Shown piece after piece: positions 25,801 to 34,599 of a DNA stretch of 56,552 nucleotides; positions within the stretch are counted from its first letter, which is position 1; every line of letters begins with the position of its first letter. The stretch comes from Rhizaria sp. SCN 62-66. Its lineage: Eukaryota. The position numbers and the translations under genes were made by a program. The DNA is taken from contig MEDY01000174.1 of assembly GCA_001724265.1 (NCBI GenBank), positions 1-56,552 on the forward strand, in the 5' to 3' direction. The notes below the pieces were generated by a model, which was given only the letters and a program-made list of their open reading frames with translations, was not told the DNA's origin and did not search any database.

Positions 25801-27213
25801 TATCTCGGCATACTTCGCGTACGCAGACTCGGGGAAGCCGACGTGGAGCCGCTCGCCGCCCATGCGCGCGAGGTTGAGCTCGCGGATACCGGTCTCGGCG
25901 TCAAAGTCAAAGAGCTCGTAAAACTTGCCCATCTTGAAGAAGAGCACGACGTCCATGTTCTGCGCCTTGATCTCCCAGTACTGGCGCTGCGCGGGCGTCA
26001 TGCGCCGCAAGTCGGCCTCGGGGATGCGAAGTGTGCGCGGGTCGTAGCCCTCGTCGCCGGGCCGCTTGCCCGCCGCGTCGCGCCGGTGCGCAGGCAGCGA
26101 AAAGTCCGGGAACGAGTACTCCGCGGACAGAAGCGCGGCCGGCTTGTCAGAGTCTTCCTCGCCCTCGCTACCGTCGCCGCCGCCGTCGTCGCTATCGTCG
26201 CCGCTGTCGCCACCGGCCGCGGCCGCGGACGCGCTCTTACTCGCCGCAGGCTTCGGCACCGGGGACGGTGAAGCGGCGGCAGCGGCGGGCTTGGGCTTGC
26301 TCGCACTGGCACCGCCGAAGCCAGGGAACGCTTTGGGAGCGCTGCTACTGCTAGAGCTGCTGCTATTGTTGTTGTTCGCAGCGGCGGCGGCCGCGATTGA
26401 GGCGCGGAACTGGTCCATGCTGGCGAGCGTGCTGTTGGAGGAGCCCAGCGCGGGCTTGGTGCGCTTCTGAGGCGACAGCGCATCACCGTCGTCGTCGTCG
26501 TCGTCGTCATCGTCGTTCAGTGCAGTAGCGCGTGCCTTGGCACTGCTTTTGCCCGCGCTCTTGCTCTTGCTGGCGGCGGCCTTCTTGCTCTTGCCCTTGC
26601 GGCGCGGTGCGTCGCTGTCTTCGCTGTCATCGTCGTCACTGCCGCTGCTGTCGCTGCTGTTGGAGTCGGAGCTGTACGAGTCAGAGCCTGAGCTAGAGCA
26701 GTCTTCGGAAGCCGAGCTCTCGCTGTCTGAGCTCGCACTCGCGCTCTCGCTCGCCTCTTCTTTCTCGTCGTCGTCATCAGTGATCACGCGGCGCTTCGTG
26801 GCCGGAGCCTTGGACTTGCTCTTGCTACTGCTCTTGCTCTCTGTCTTCTTCTCGGACGCCTTGGGCTTAGGGGTCTCAGACTTGGCCTCAGCCTTTGCCG
26901 CGGCTTCGGGCTTGTTGGTCGTCTCGGACTTGGACTCGTCGGCCTTGGCCTCGAGCTTGACGGGCGTCTTCTGCGCGGGCGAAGCGGCAGCGCTGCAGTC
27001 GGGCACGGGCGGCGCCACAGGGCGCGGGGTCGCTGGCGCGTTCTCGGACGCAGGCTTCGCGGTCGTAGCAAGATATGGAGAAGGGGCGGCCGGGGCAGAC
27101 GGACTGGCAGAAGCGGAGTCGGTCGTGGGCAGTTTCTTGGGCGTCGCAGAGAAGAACCTCATGATGCCACCATCCTTGGGAGGCGCCTGTGGGGTCGCCT
27201 TCTTTGACGACAT
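22870..27213 (-). CDS. MSH6: DNA mismatch repair protein MSH6
   Basis: 1447 aa ORF with GYDPRTL, mismatch-recognition FFKMGKFYELF, LDGQTLANLE, FGKRLMRQW, SGPNMGGKSTLLRQ, DRIFTRVGAND, STFLVEL, DELGRGTSTFDG, FSTHYH and a disordered acidic N-terminus. Possible upstream micro-exon ATG ATC AAA at 27344-27336. Ends TGA. Confidence 0.95.
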   Translation of the reverse strand: MSSKKATPQAPPKDGGIMRFFSATPKKLPTTDSASASPSAPAAPSPYLATTAKPASENAPATPRPVAPPVPDCSAAASPAQKTPVKLEAKADESKSETTNKPEAAAKAEAKSETPKPKASEKKTESKSSSKSKSKAPATKRRVITDDDDEKEEASESASASSDSESSASEDCSSSGSDSYSSDSNSSDSSGSDDDDSEDSDAPRRKGKSKKAAASKSKSAGKSSAKARATALNDDDDDDDDDGDALSPQKRTKPALGSSNSTLASMDQFRASIAAAAAANNNNSSSSSSSSAPKAFPGFGGASASKPKPAAAAASPSPVPKPAASKSASAAAAGGDSGDDSDDGGGDGSEGEEDSDKPAALLSAEYSFPDFSLPAHRRDAAGKRPGDEGYDPRTLRIPEADLRRMTPAQRQYWEIKAQNMDVVLFFKMGKFYELFDFDAETGIRELNLARMGGERLHVGFPESAYAKYAEILVKRGYRVGRVEQTQTPKQLAEANAKAAKGQKSQVVRREMCSILTQATIVDQELLGRDDAVYLLSLSETPLSTAEEAEAALAASARDASAETFARVAFVAEDVLVGVCFVDTATGVFTVGAFVDDRQRSRLRTLLECTKPAEVLSARGALSPATEGALRATLPAASLRTTLVPGSEFWAGDRTVTELVRGKFFDAAREKRIKDVARELPPRVAEDGWPFLLDALRTQLQTGKSAANIMAKLVSQSSGDASLAAGSAEIEEIEDPRAKTSAAALFSALGGVVWYLQRLKLADELVSLGNFRRFDPAVQAEFDALVLDGQTLANLEVLQNQDGGAEGTMLKHLDQCVTAFGKRLMRQWVARPLGRVAAINERLDAVEELMAAKETVTAARAAMKKLPDVERLLARVRANGTKKDNAVMYENVGKAKVELFIKTLDGFAAAIAAIDALAQRPWKSSRLRALTHIRSKEVPDGAFPEIATLLSDFRGTFNAKQAREDGFIVPQAGFVEDFDTAKADVAACERELEEYLGEVRREFGDTSIKYHHRAKEVYQLEISVDTLKRRKAPEQYEQMSQTVKVRRFWTPTVRTLVAELETAQARRDDVLQDVTRQVFAKFGQDYPLWAQAVACVAELDCLISLALVSTYQDGASCRPRFVSYEETGGHALLELRDAVHPSLAQSGASLGAYASAPTQFIPNDTDLGSEQNPARFVLISGPNMGGKSTLLRQVCCAVIMAQIGCYVAAKSCRLTPVDRIFTRVGANDRIMQGQSTFLVELEETATILRHASPRSLVILDELGRGTSTFDGTSIAHAVIEHLVARVKCLALFSTHYHMLLEEFRTDPRVAMYHMACQVRARGAQPGAGASAEAATKAAVEDGDNVDVTFLYKFVPGVCSKSFGMNVATLAGLPRALVMRAKAMSEMFEERLALAHKVAPADDSDSAKAAKMAAARMALAKRAAAALARRDMAEVVACKSEAKTLLEAH

Positions 27214-27782
27214 CTATATAAGTAAATCAAAAGAACGTGAAGATATAATAACGTATTTAGAATTAATCTATCGTATAAAACTCGTAGACGCGTTACAAGT
27301 AGATAATATCGACTCGCTGCATGAGATTTACTTACTTTGATCATGGAAGGTCATGGCGCGAAAAGCGGCACCCAACCTATTGAAGAAAAAAACAGTGTAT
27401 CAATAATCTTATGACTATGCTTAGATGTTGCGCCCAACGCTTAAAAAGAAGAGTAGCGATCACTTGAAAAATGAGCTAGGACAGGCATTGACAACGATAT
27501 TGATTGAAAATGTATTATTCGGGTTTAAATAAATTATCACAAAACTAAAACAAGATTATTTGATTCAAGATCAACCGATGTTCGCACAGGTATTCTTGCG
27601 CGGCATCGCACTCTCAAGAGTGTCAAAAGTGAGTGACACGATGCATAGCTGCGCTTCCACGTTTTATACGTCACAAATGCAGAAATAATTAAGCTCAACT
27701 CATAGTTGCAGCCTTATGACATGACAGTCGAGTGTCAGCCTAATCTGCCACTCCTCTGACTCACATAGGTCACATGGCGCGG

Positions 27783-29019
27783 TTAGAAGAAAAGCTTGAT
27801 GAGGACACCAGTTCCGATTGCAGAGCCGAACATCGCGCAGACAGCAATGGCTGATGTAGTAGACAACAAGCCAAGGCCGGTCAACCCGTGTCCACTGGTG
27901 CAGCCCCCACAGAGCTGACTGCCGAGAGTGAGACAGATCCCTCCAACAAACATGCGCAAGTACGAGAAATCAGCTCCAACATAGGTAGCGCCAGTGGCCA
28001 GAGCCGAAACAAACGCTCCGAGCACGATTCCAACAACTACCAGCACCTGAAAGCGGTGAGTCTTGGCCAAAGACATAGGGTACGCGACGTTGCCATTCTT
28101 GTCGCTGCATGCGTTCGAATTTGAGCCCGCTGCCAAGCAGTTACCGAGCACACAAGCGTAGGAGGACGACGTGCCCAGAGCGCGGCCAGCGCCAGCAGAA
28201 GCGAGAAGTTGTGCGGAGCCAATAATCAGGCCAGCAATAAGCGGCGGCACAACGGGGCCCCAGATCGCAAAGCGCGGAAGTGCGGCCGCAGACGAGCCCA
28301 GCACGCCTGCAGCATCAACGCGGTAGTCAACAAGGTATTCGAGGGCGAGAACCATGCTGAAGAGAATCGCGGAGAACGCGAGCGTGACACGCGCGCCAGC
28401 GGGTGATGTAGGCGAGGCATTCTCGTCGCCCGTGACAATCACAGCAAGGCAGCGCTTCGAAGCAGGCATGCGGCCGTCGGTCAGGAACGTCGAGCCAGTA
28501 GCGTCGAGGTGCGCAATGACGAGTGAGAGAATGTAAATGCCTACGATCCCACCCACAAGGATAACGAGGGCGGGGAAGCCAGCGCCAGCGCCGAGCTGAG
28601 CGAAAACAGTGCCGGGACAGGAACCAGTGAGCGCCATGCCCACACCGAGGATAGAAGCGCCGAGCACGACAGCGGGGACGCCGCGACCGAAGTTCTCGCG
28701 GTAGTCGCTGCGGACAGTCTTGCGGCGGAAGACCTGCTCAACGATGACGAAGGCAAGCATCGACGACGCGCACGCGGTGAGGAACATCTTGAGCATTACA
28801 AAGTGCGAAAACGTCATCTGGCCGGCGACGAGACTTGTCTCGTGCACACGGCCGCGCTGCAGGCCGATGCCGAAGAGGCCGCCGACAGTGAGCAGCAACG
28901 CCGCCTGCGACAGCGACACGGAGTTGCTGCACGGCGCAGCTGCTGTAGAGGGCTGCGAAGTAATGGTGTAAAGCTAAGCAAACAAGATAGGATGAAAATA
29001 CCATACATGTATGGTTCAT
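27783..29019 (-). CDS. YeeE/YedE (TsuA-like) thiosulfate/sulfur compound transporter
   Basis: Multi-TM protein with the two Cys motifs GMALTGSCPGT and GSQLCGGCTSGHGLTG. Probable short first exon 29019-29007 and intron 29006-28943 (GTATGG..TACAG). Ends TAA. Confidence 0.82.
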
Positions 29020-29999
29020 CAGGTGAGCTTGCGAGACTGAAGGAGGAGAAGCTGCTCGAGGACGGCCTTTCGTCAGCAGAATACACTTTGCGTTCATGAT
29101 TAGCAATAATTTATCAATGTCTGCAACTAACAGTCATTGTGGAGTTGCACATGTTCAAGGCAGTTGCCAGGGATCGTGCCAGTCGCCATTCCTATGCCAA
29201 GAGTGGCAACAAACACCGATGTTCTGACTCGAACGAGTGGAGGTTCGAGGATCTGCCAAGCGCGACGCAAATGCTTCCCAAAAAAGTAGTAAATAGTTGT
29301 TGTAGTGGACAAAACTAATTAATAATATATTGAACCAACTTGGACACGTTGGTCATCGTAGTTACATTTGTTCCTGACGAACGCTTCAGTCAGGGCAATG
29401 TCGAAAAGTTTGGAATGCATTGTCCACGCCGCTTTACAGCCCACCACAAACGTAAAACGCCAGCAGTTGCCGGCTCACGGTCACTCTCTTGTCGATCAAT
29501 GGCCATCGGCGCTCAATTGACTGAGAGGAGATTCGTGCCCCAATATAAAGGAGGCATTTCGCAGGGTTCCATCGTGCTAGAGCTTTTTCAAGATTTGAGC
29601 ACGACACTAAATTTATCTCTGTAGTTATTCGTTTCATTTTTACTGCTGAGACGAATGCGTATCCCTGTCGTCTCTGAAGGACGACACGTCTCTTAAAGCG
29701 GCGTGTCGCCCGACGTGCCTCTCATGCATTAACACGAGCTTGTCTCACAGTCAAGAACTTCTCAATTCTCCGACCCTCACAATCTTTTTTCTCAACTGAA
29801 CTTGTATATCCCCCTCACTTCACAGCAACTCTGCTCCTAGGTGCGCCCTTCTGTTCCTCTTTCTCATCCTCGTCTTGCTACTGCATCGCTGCTTCGAGTA
29901 ACCTGCCCGCTGGCCGCTGCAGTCTGCCGCGTTCCAACAGCCTCAGTCCGCCAAACCCCGCCGGCGACTGCCGCATCGCACCGTGTTCACACAGCAACC

Positions 30000-31847
30000 A
30001 TGACAGACGTTCTGACTGCTAGCGCCCCCGCCCCCGCCCCCGCGCCCGCGCCTGAAGTGACAACAAACGCCGCAATGACGACAACTCCGACCCCCGCGTC
30101 TGCAGCTGCGGCCGCTGCGACCACCACGGCCGCTGTCCCAGCATCCACACCGGCTGTCGGCGCCGTGGAGCCCCGCGCGAGCAAGCGCATGCTTTTACTC
30201 CGTACCGCGCCGACATTCCTGTTTCTCTGGACGCTCATCCCTCTCTGCGCGTGTCTCGCGACAGTCTACGTCTCGCTGCTGCTCTTCCGCGTCTGGCGCC
30301 CGATGAACCCGGACGCGTTTCCCGTGCTGCGGCGCCTGCGCGGCGCGCTGCTGGGCCACCGCGGCGGCGTCGGCACCAACGACCCGCCCACTGACAAGGC
30401 CTTTCTGCTCGCGTCTGGCATCGCCGCCGCCGCAGACCCGCTCGCGCTCGACCTCTACGACCAGCGCGTGCCGCGCAACTCGCTCGCGGCGTTCCGCACT
30501 GCGCGCGCGCGCGGATTGGCCGGCGTGGAACTCGACGTGCAGCTCACTGCGGACGGGATCGCGGTGGTGTTCCACGATGAGGTGGTCGGCCGCACGCTCG
30601 CAGTGCCCGCGCGCGATGCCGACCGCGCCGTCGCGTCGTACACGCTTGCCGAGCTGCAGACGCTGCCGTTTTCCGCGGCCTACTGCGGGCCCGCTTTCAC
30701 CGCCACCGAACGCGTGCCCACTCTCGCTGCAGCTCTCGCGCAGTTGCGTGCTGACGGACTCCTCGCGTTTGTCGAGCTCAAGGCCTTTTCACCCGCTGTG
30801 TCGCGCGCACTCGCCGCGGCCGCCGTGCGCGCTATCGTCGACGCGCGCTACGCCTCGCGCGCCGCGATTATTTCCTTCAACCCGTATGCGCTGTACTGTG
30901 TGCGTCGGCTCGCCGAGGCCCGCGGCGTTGCCACAGGATTGGTATTTGCTCATGACGTCGCCGCCAACATCGAGCGTGAGCGCGCGCGCGTGGGGCTCGC
31001 CGCGCCCGCGCTGCTCGCCTCGGCCCCCGCCGCCTTACTATTGGGCATCGTCTCGCGCTTCTGCTCGCACCCGCGCGTGCTGCCACTGCTGGGCCACGCA
31101 CTCGCGGTCGCCGAGACGCCCGCTGTGTCTGCCTCTCTCGCGGCCGCCTACGCGCAGCGCGGCGTTGCGCTGGCGGCCTGGGTGGTGAACGACGCATCGA
31201 CACAGCGTTGGCTGCTCGAGTCGCTTGTCGGCACCGTTATCTCAGACGTGCCGCTGCCGCTGCCCGTCGCTTTGCCCGTCGCCGTCCCCACCGTCGCGCC
31301 CGCCGACGAAGCCAACGCCGCCGCCATCGCCGCCGCCGCTGCCGTTGCCGCTGCAAACGCTGCTGCTGGTGTTGCGCCTGGCCCGCGGGCGTCTGGTTCG
31401 TCTGCATCGGCAGTGCACACACCCGTGAAGCGTGCTGCGACTAACGGCGCCAACACCGGCTCAACTGGCAGTGCGCCCGTGTCCGCGCCCGCTTCAACCG
31501 CCGCCACGCCGGCTGCCACTGCGAACGCGACTGCGGCCGCGGCTGTGGGCTTGACCTATGCGTCCGCGGCGCCGTCCGCCAGCGCGACCCCCACTCTGAC
31601 ACTGTCGCCGTTGCCTGTGCCTGCGTTGTATCACAAGTCTGACGACGTCGTCGGCGGATCTGTGATCGTCGACAACAACAACACTGCCGCCGTTGTTGCC
31701 GCCGCCGAGTCTGAGCTCTTTGAGGGCGGGGCGGCCGCGCCCAGCACCGCAGTCCCCAGCGCTGCGCACAGCACTGTGCATAGCACTGCGCAGAGCGAGG
31801 CTTCCAGTGTGGCACACAGTGCGGCGAGCAGTATGATGGACGGTTGA
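30000..31847 (+). CDS. Glycerophosphodiester phosphodiesterase (GDPD, GDE1-like) with N-terminal TM
   Basis: GHRGG, NSLAAF, GVELDVQLTADGIAVVFHD, RVPTL, FVELK, IISFN, AWVVND, VISD. Hydrophobic helix before the domain and Ala/Thr-rich termini. First ATG at 30000. Ends TGA. Confidence 0.88.
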   Translation: MTDVLTASAPAPAPAPAPEVTTNAAMTTTPTPASAAAAAATTTAAVPASTPAVGAVEPRASKRMLLLRTAPTFLFLWTLIPLCACLATVYVSLLLFRVWRPMNPDAFPVLRRLRGALLGHRGGVGTNDPPTDKAFLLASGIAAAADPLALDLYDQRVPRNSLAAFRTARARGLAGVELDVQLTADGIAVVFHDEVVGRTLAVPARDADRAVASYTLAELQTLPFSAAYCGPAFTATERVPTLAAALAQLRADGLLAFVELKAFSPAVSRALAAAAVRAIVDARYASRAAIISFNPYALYCVRRLAEARGVATGLVFAHDVAANIERERARVGLAAPALLASAPAALLLGIVSRFCSHPRVLPLLGHALAVAETPAVSASLAAAYAQRGVALAAWVVNDASTQRWLLESLVGTVISDVPLPLPVALPVAVPTVAPADEANAAAIAAAAAVAAANAAAGVAPGPRASGSSASAVHTPVKRAATNGANTGSTGSAPVSAPASTAATPAATANATAAAAVGLTYASAAPSASATPTLTLSPLPVPALYHKSDDVVGGSVIVDNNNTAAVVAAAESELFEGGAAAPSTAVPSAAHSTVHSTAQSEASSVAHSAASSMMDG

Positions 31848-31885
31848 GCTGTGCAGTTTCTGAGCATCTGTCGTGATGGGAGGCA

Positions 31886-31932
31886 ATATGATGTAATGTG
31901 ATGTGATATGATGTGATGTGATGTGATGTATG
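31886..31932. repeat. (ATGTG)n imperfect pentanucleotide microsatellite in the GDPD 3' region
   Basis: atatgatgtaatgtgatgtgatatgatgtgatgtgatgtgatgtatg. Confidence 0.85.
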
Positions 31933-32745
31933 CAGGGATGGTGATGATGATGTGTCTGTGTGCGTGTCGGCAAGATGGCCACGCTTTATTAATCTGTGCG
32001 TCTTTTTCCACTTTTATTATTCTGCAACGCTGTGCTACTCTATTGTGCTGGTGACATTACAATCCTACTGCTGTCGTCATACCTAGCGGTTTTACCAATA
32101 CATTTGTGCGATATGTGGATCTTTGTAAAGATTAAACAGGTTAATATAGTTGTATTATCATTCAATATTACACTAATACATTCTAGTTATCGTTTCTTTG
32201 TTGTTTTTCACGCAAGACTCTTGTGCTCTTGCTATTTGGTTGTTGTGGATAAATTTTCCGCCACTCACAGAGTCACATTGTCTCCGCTAGGGGCACACAC
32301 GCTAGTTATATTGTCAGCCCGAGCCTGCACACGCAAACGCACATACAGAAACAAGCACACTGTCGCAGACACAAAAGTCCTCAGTAGTCACTGGAAGTGC
32401 TCATAGGGTATGTGCGTGGACATTCGTTATTATTTGTGCACGTGTTTACACCGCTTTGGCGCTTGTGTGATGTTGGTGCTCGTTTATACCGGCGCAGCAC
32501 ATGTATATAGACACAGCTACAGTCGCTGTAGCAGCAGCAGTAGCAGCAGTCGGACACACAAGGTCGACGGCGGCTTCACTCTACACCGTGTCGACATCCG
32601 AATTAGTTTGCGCACCACGTCATTTTTCGTTTGTTCACACACTCCTTTCCCCCACTTTCGCATCATTGCACTTCATCTATTCACTCACACACACGTACAC
32701 TGCGTCGTCCGTGGAGTTTGACACCGACTGCGACAGACGTCGAGC

Positions 32746-33820
32746 TTAGAAGAGCACGGCGGCGATGATGAACGCAAGCACGACGGCCGCCAGCACCTGC
32801 CACAGCAACAGTGCATCCGCGGGCGCCTGCAGCCGCTCCGCGATGCTCTTGGGCGCAGCGGCCTTGGCAGAGGCGTCAGCGCGTGCTTTGACCTCGCGCT
32901 CCTGCGCCTTCTCGAACTCGGCGACGCGCGCGCGCAGCGACTCGTTGCGCGCCGTGAGAGTGTCCTGGGTGCCCATGAGCGTCGTGCGCTCAGCCTCGAG
33001 CTGCGCAGCGCGCTGCTCAAGCTGGCGGATCGTCGTACTCTGGCGGATCGAGTAGTCCATGAGGCCCTGGTACTCGGTCTGCCGCTCCTCGAGCTTGCGC
33101 GTGAGCGCCGCGACCTCCTCGCTCGACGCGGCCGCGGAGGAAGAGGAGTTGGCAGGCGCGGCGGCCGAGGCGGGCTCCTCGGGGATAGCAAGCTCGCACA
33201 CGATGCGCTTCTCGAGGTACGCGGGAGCGGTCTCGCCGCCGGCCTTGTGCTCGGCCTCCTTCTGGTGCCAGAAATCGATCAGAGGGACGGAGTCGGTGTC
33301 GTACACGGCCGTCTGGATGAGGAACTTGTGCTTGAGCTTGCGCGGGTCGGACCGGTCGGGGTACGACGACATGCGCTTGAGCATCACGACGACGGGCTCA
33401 ACGCTGCCGGGGGGAATCACGCCCACGATGGGGTTCACCTGGTACAGCATAGGCGCGGTCGTTTTGACCTTGAACGCGACGGTGGACTTTGTGCGTGTGT
33501 TCGGGAGTGTGCGCGTGCGTGCGCGAGTGAGTTGGGGAGTGCAAGGTGCGGGGAAGGGCAACAAGTGTTGTGATGGCAGCAGTGCGGGGGAGAAAAAGAG
33601 GCAGATAAAAAGCGAGAGGTTAGTGCCAGAGTGGGACAGGAGCGGAATCGAGCGCAGAGGCCAGGCAGGAGACAAAGAGTATACGATGATACGATGAAGA
33701 ATGAGGTGGACGTACGTGGGTAAGGTTCCTGAGCTTGATCTCCGTGACAATGTCGCAGTTGAGAACAACATTGCAAACGAAGTTCTCAGGAGTGACCTTG
33801 ACGAGCGGTGAGGCGGACAT
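32746..33820 (-). CDS. VAP: VAMP-associated protein (VAP; MSP domain, coiled coil, C-terminal TM anchor)
   Basis: Exons 33820-33716 and 33486-32746 give IKLRNLTH|STVAFKVKTTAPMLYQVNP...KHKFLIQ, a coiled coil, and the tail anchor LLLWQVLAAVVLAFIIAAVLF. Ends TAA. Confidence 0.9.
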
Positions 33821-34599
33821 TTCCTGTATGGGGGATAACGAGGGAGAGCGAGAGAGGCGAGTTAGAGGCGAACGTTGATGAGTCAGAATGCAACGGGTGG
33901 CGAGGCTCATTTCTTATGCGCCAGATTGAAGCAGTATTAGTCAGGCTGACAAAAGGATGAAATGATCCAGGATCTTAAGACTGCAAGCTTTACAGATCTC
34001 ACTGTTAGCATATCACGGGGACCACGACAGATGTACGATGCGGTCAAATATCGAGGATTCAAATTGAGCCTAACCACAACAGGCAACCCGCCGCGCGTCT
34101 TGACCTACAGCAGGACTGCGAACATGTAAGGCGCTGCTGCTTTAAAAAACAGATACACGGTATATCATAGCACAAGTGGCAAACCCACAGATCTTACACG
34201 ATCGACGACGACAGGCGCTATATCACTTGACAGATGGGGCAACGGTCATCTTTGTCGCTCGGGATTGTCGGGATTCTCGTTTCTGGCGGACTGGCTGGAT
34301 CGAGGGGGTCGAGATTTGCTCCACATTAAGAACCATTTTTATCTCCTCACTTGTATCATGCACGGATTCTAGTAGTTGCATACGAATTTTAAGCGACTGA
34401 ACTATGTCATTCTAATTTTCCTTGCTTGTAGCTCTCAACCACATCCCGCTGAAGGGTGTGTTGGGTGTGACCCCCTCCGCTTATTTCGGCGATGATGGCG
34501 CTGCTGATTCGCTACCCCCAGTGCCTTATGTATACTTCCTCTCATCTTTTACTTGTTATTGACACCTCCATCCATGTGCATCCATTCCAGAGAGCCCCC

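Noticed and set aside
29221-29262. GGTTCGA T-loop-like motif, possible tRNA (including a UAG suppressor)
   Set aside because: Flanks do not form a T-stem or acceptor stem; no cloverleaf. I found no tRNA in the window.
29127-29637. Small ORFs in the YeeE-GDPD spacer
   Set aside because: Non-ATG starts, AT-rich non-coding composition, no recognisable motifs.
29679-29712. Short imperfect inverted repeat gacgacacgtc...ggcgtgtcgcc upstream of GDPD
   Set aside because: About 11 bp with mismatches; expected by chance.
29838-29843. In-frame TAG immediately before the GTG start of ORF 29841 (GDPD), a possible third recoded TAG
   Set aside because: It follows a pyrimidine-rich tract, looks like a splice acceptor or UTR, and lies upstream of the first ATG (30000); no coding evidence across it.
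31996-32749. ORFs in the convergent GDPD/VAP 3' region
   Set aside because: UTR-like composition with simple repeats; no coding signature.
33487-33489. AAG rather than YAG acceptor in the VAP intron
   Set aside because: Uncommon but well-known acceptor; single instance.
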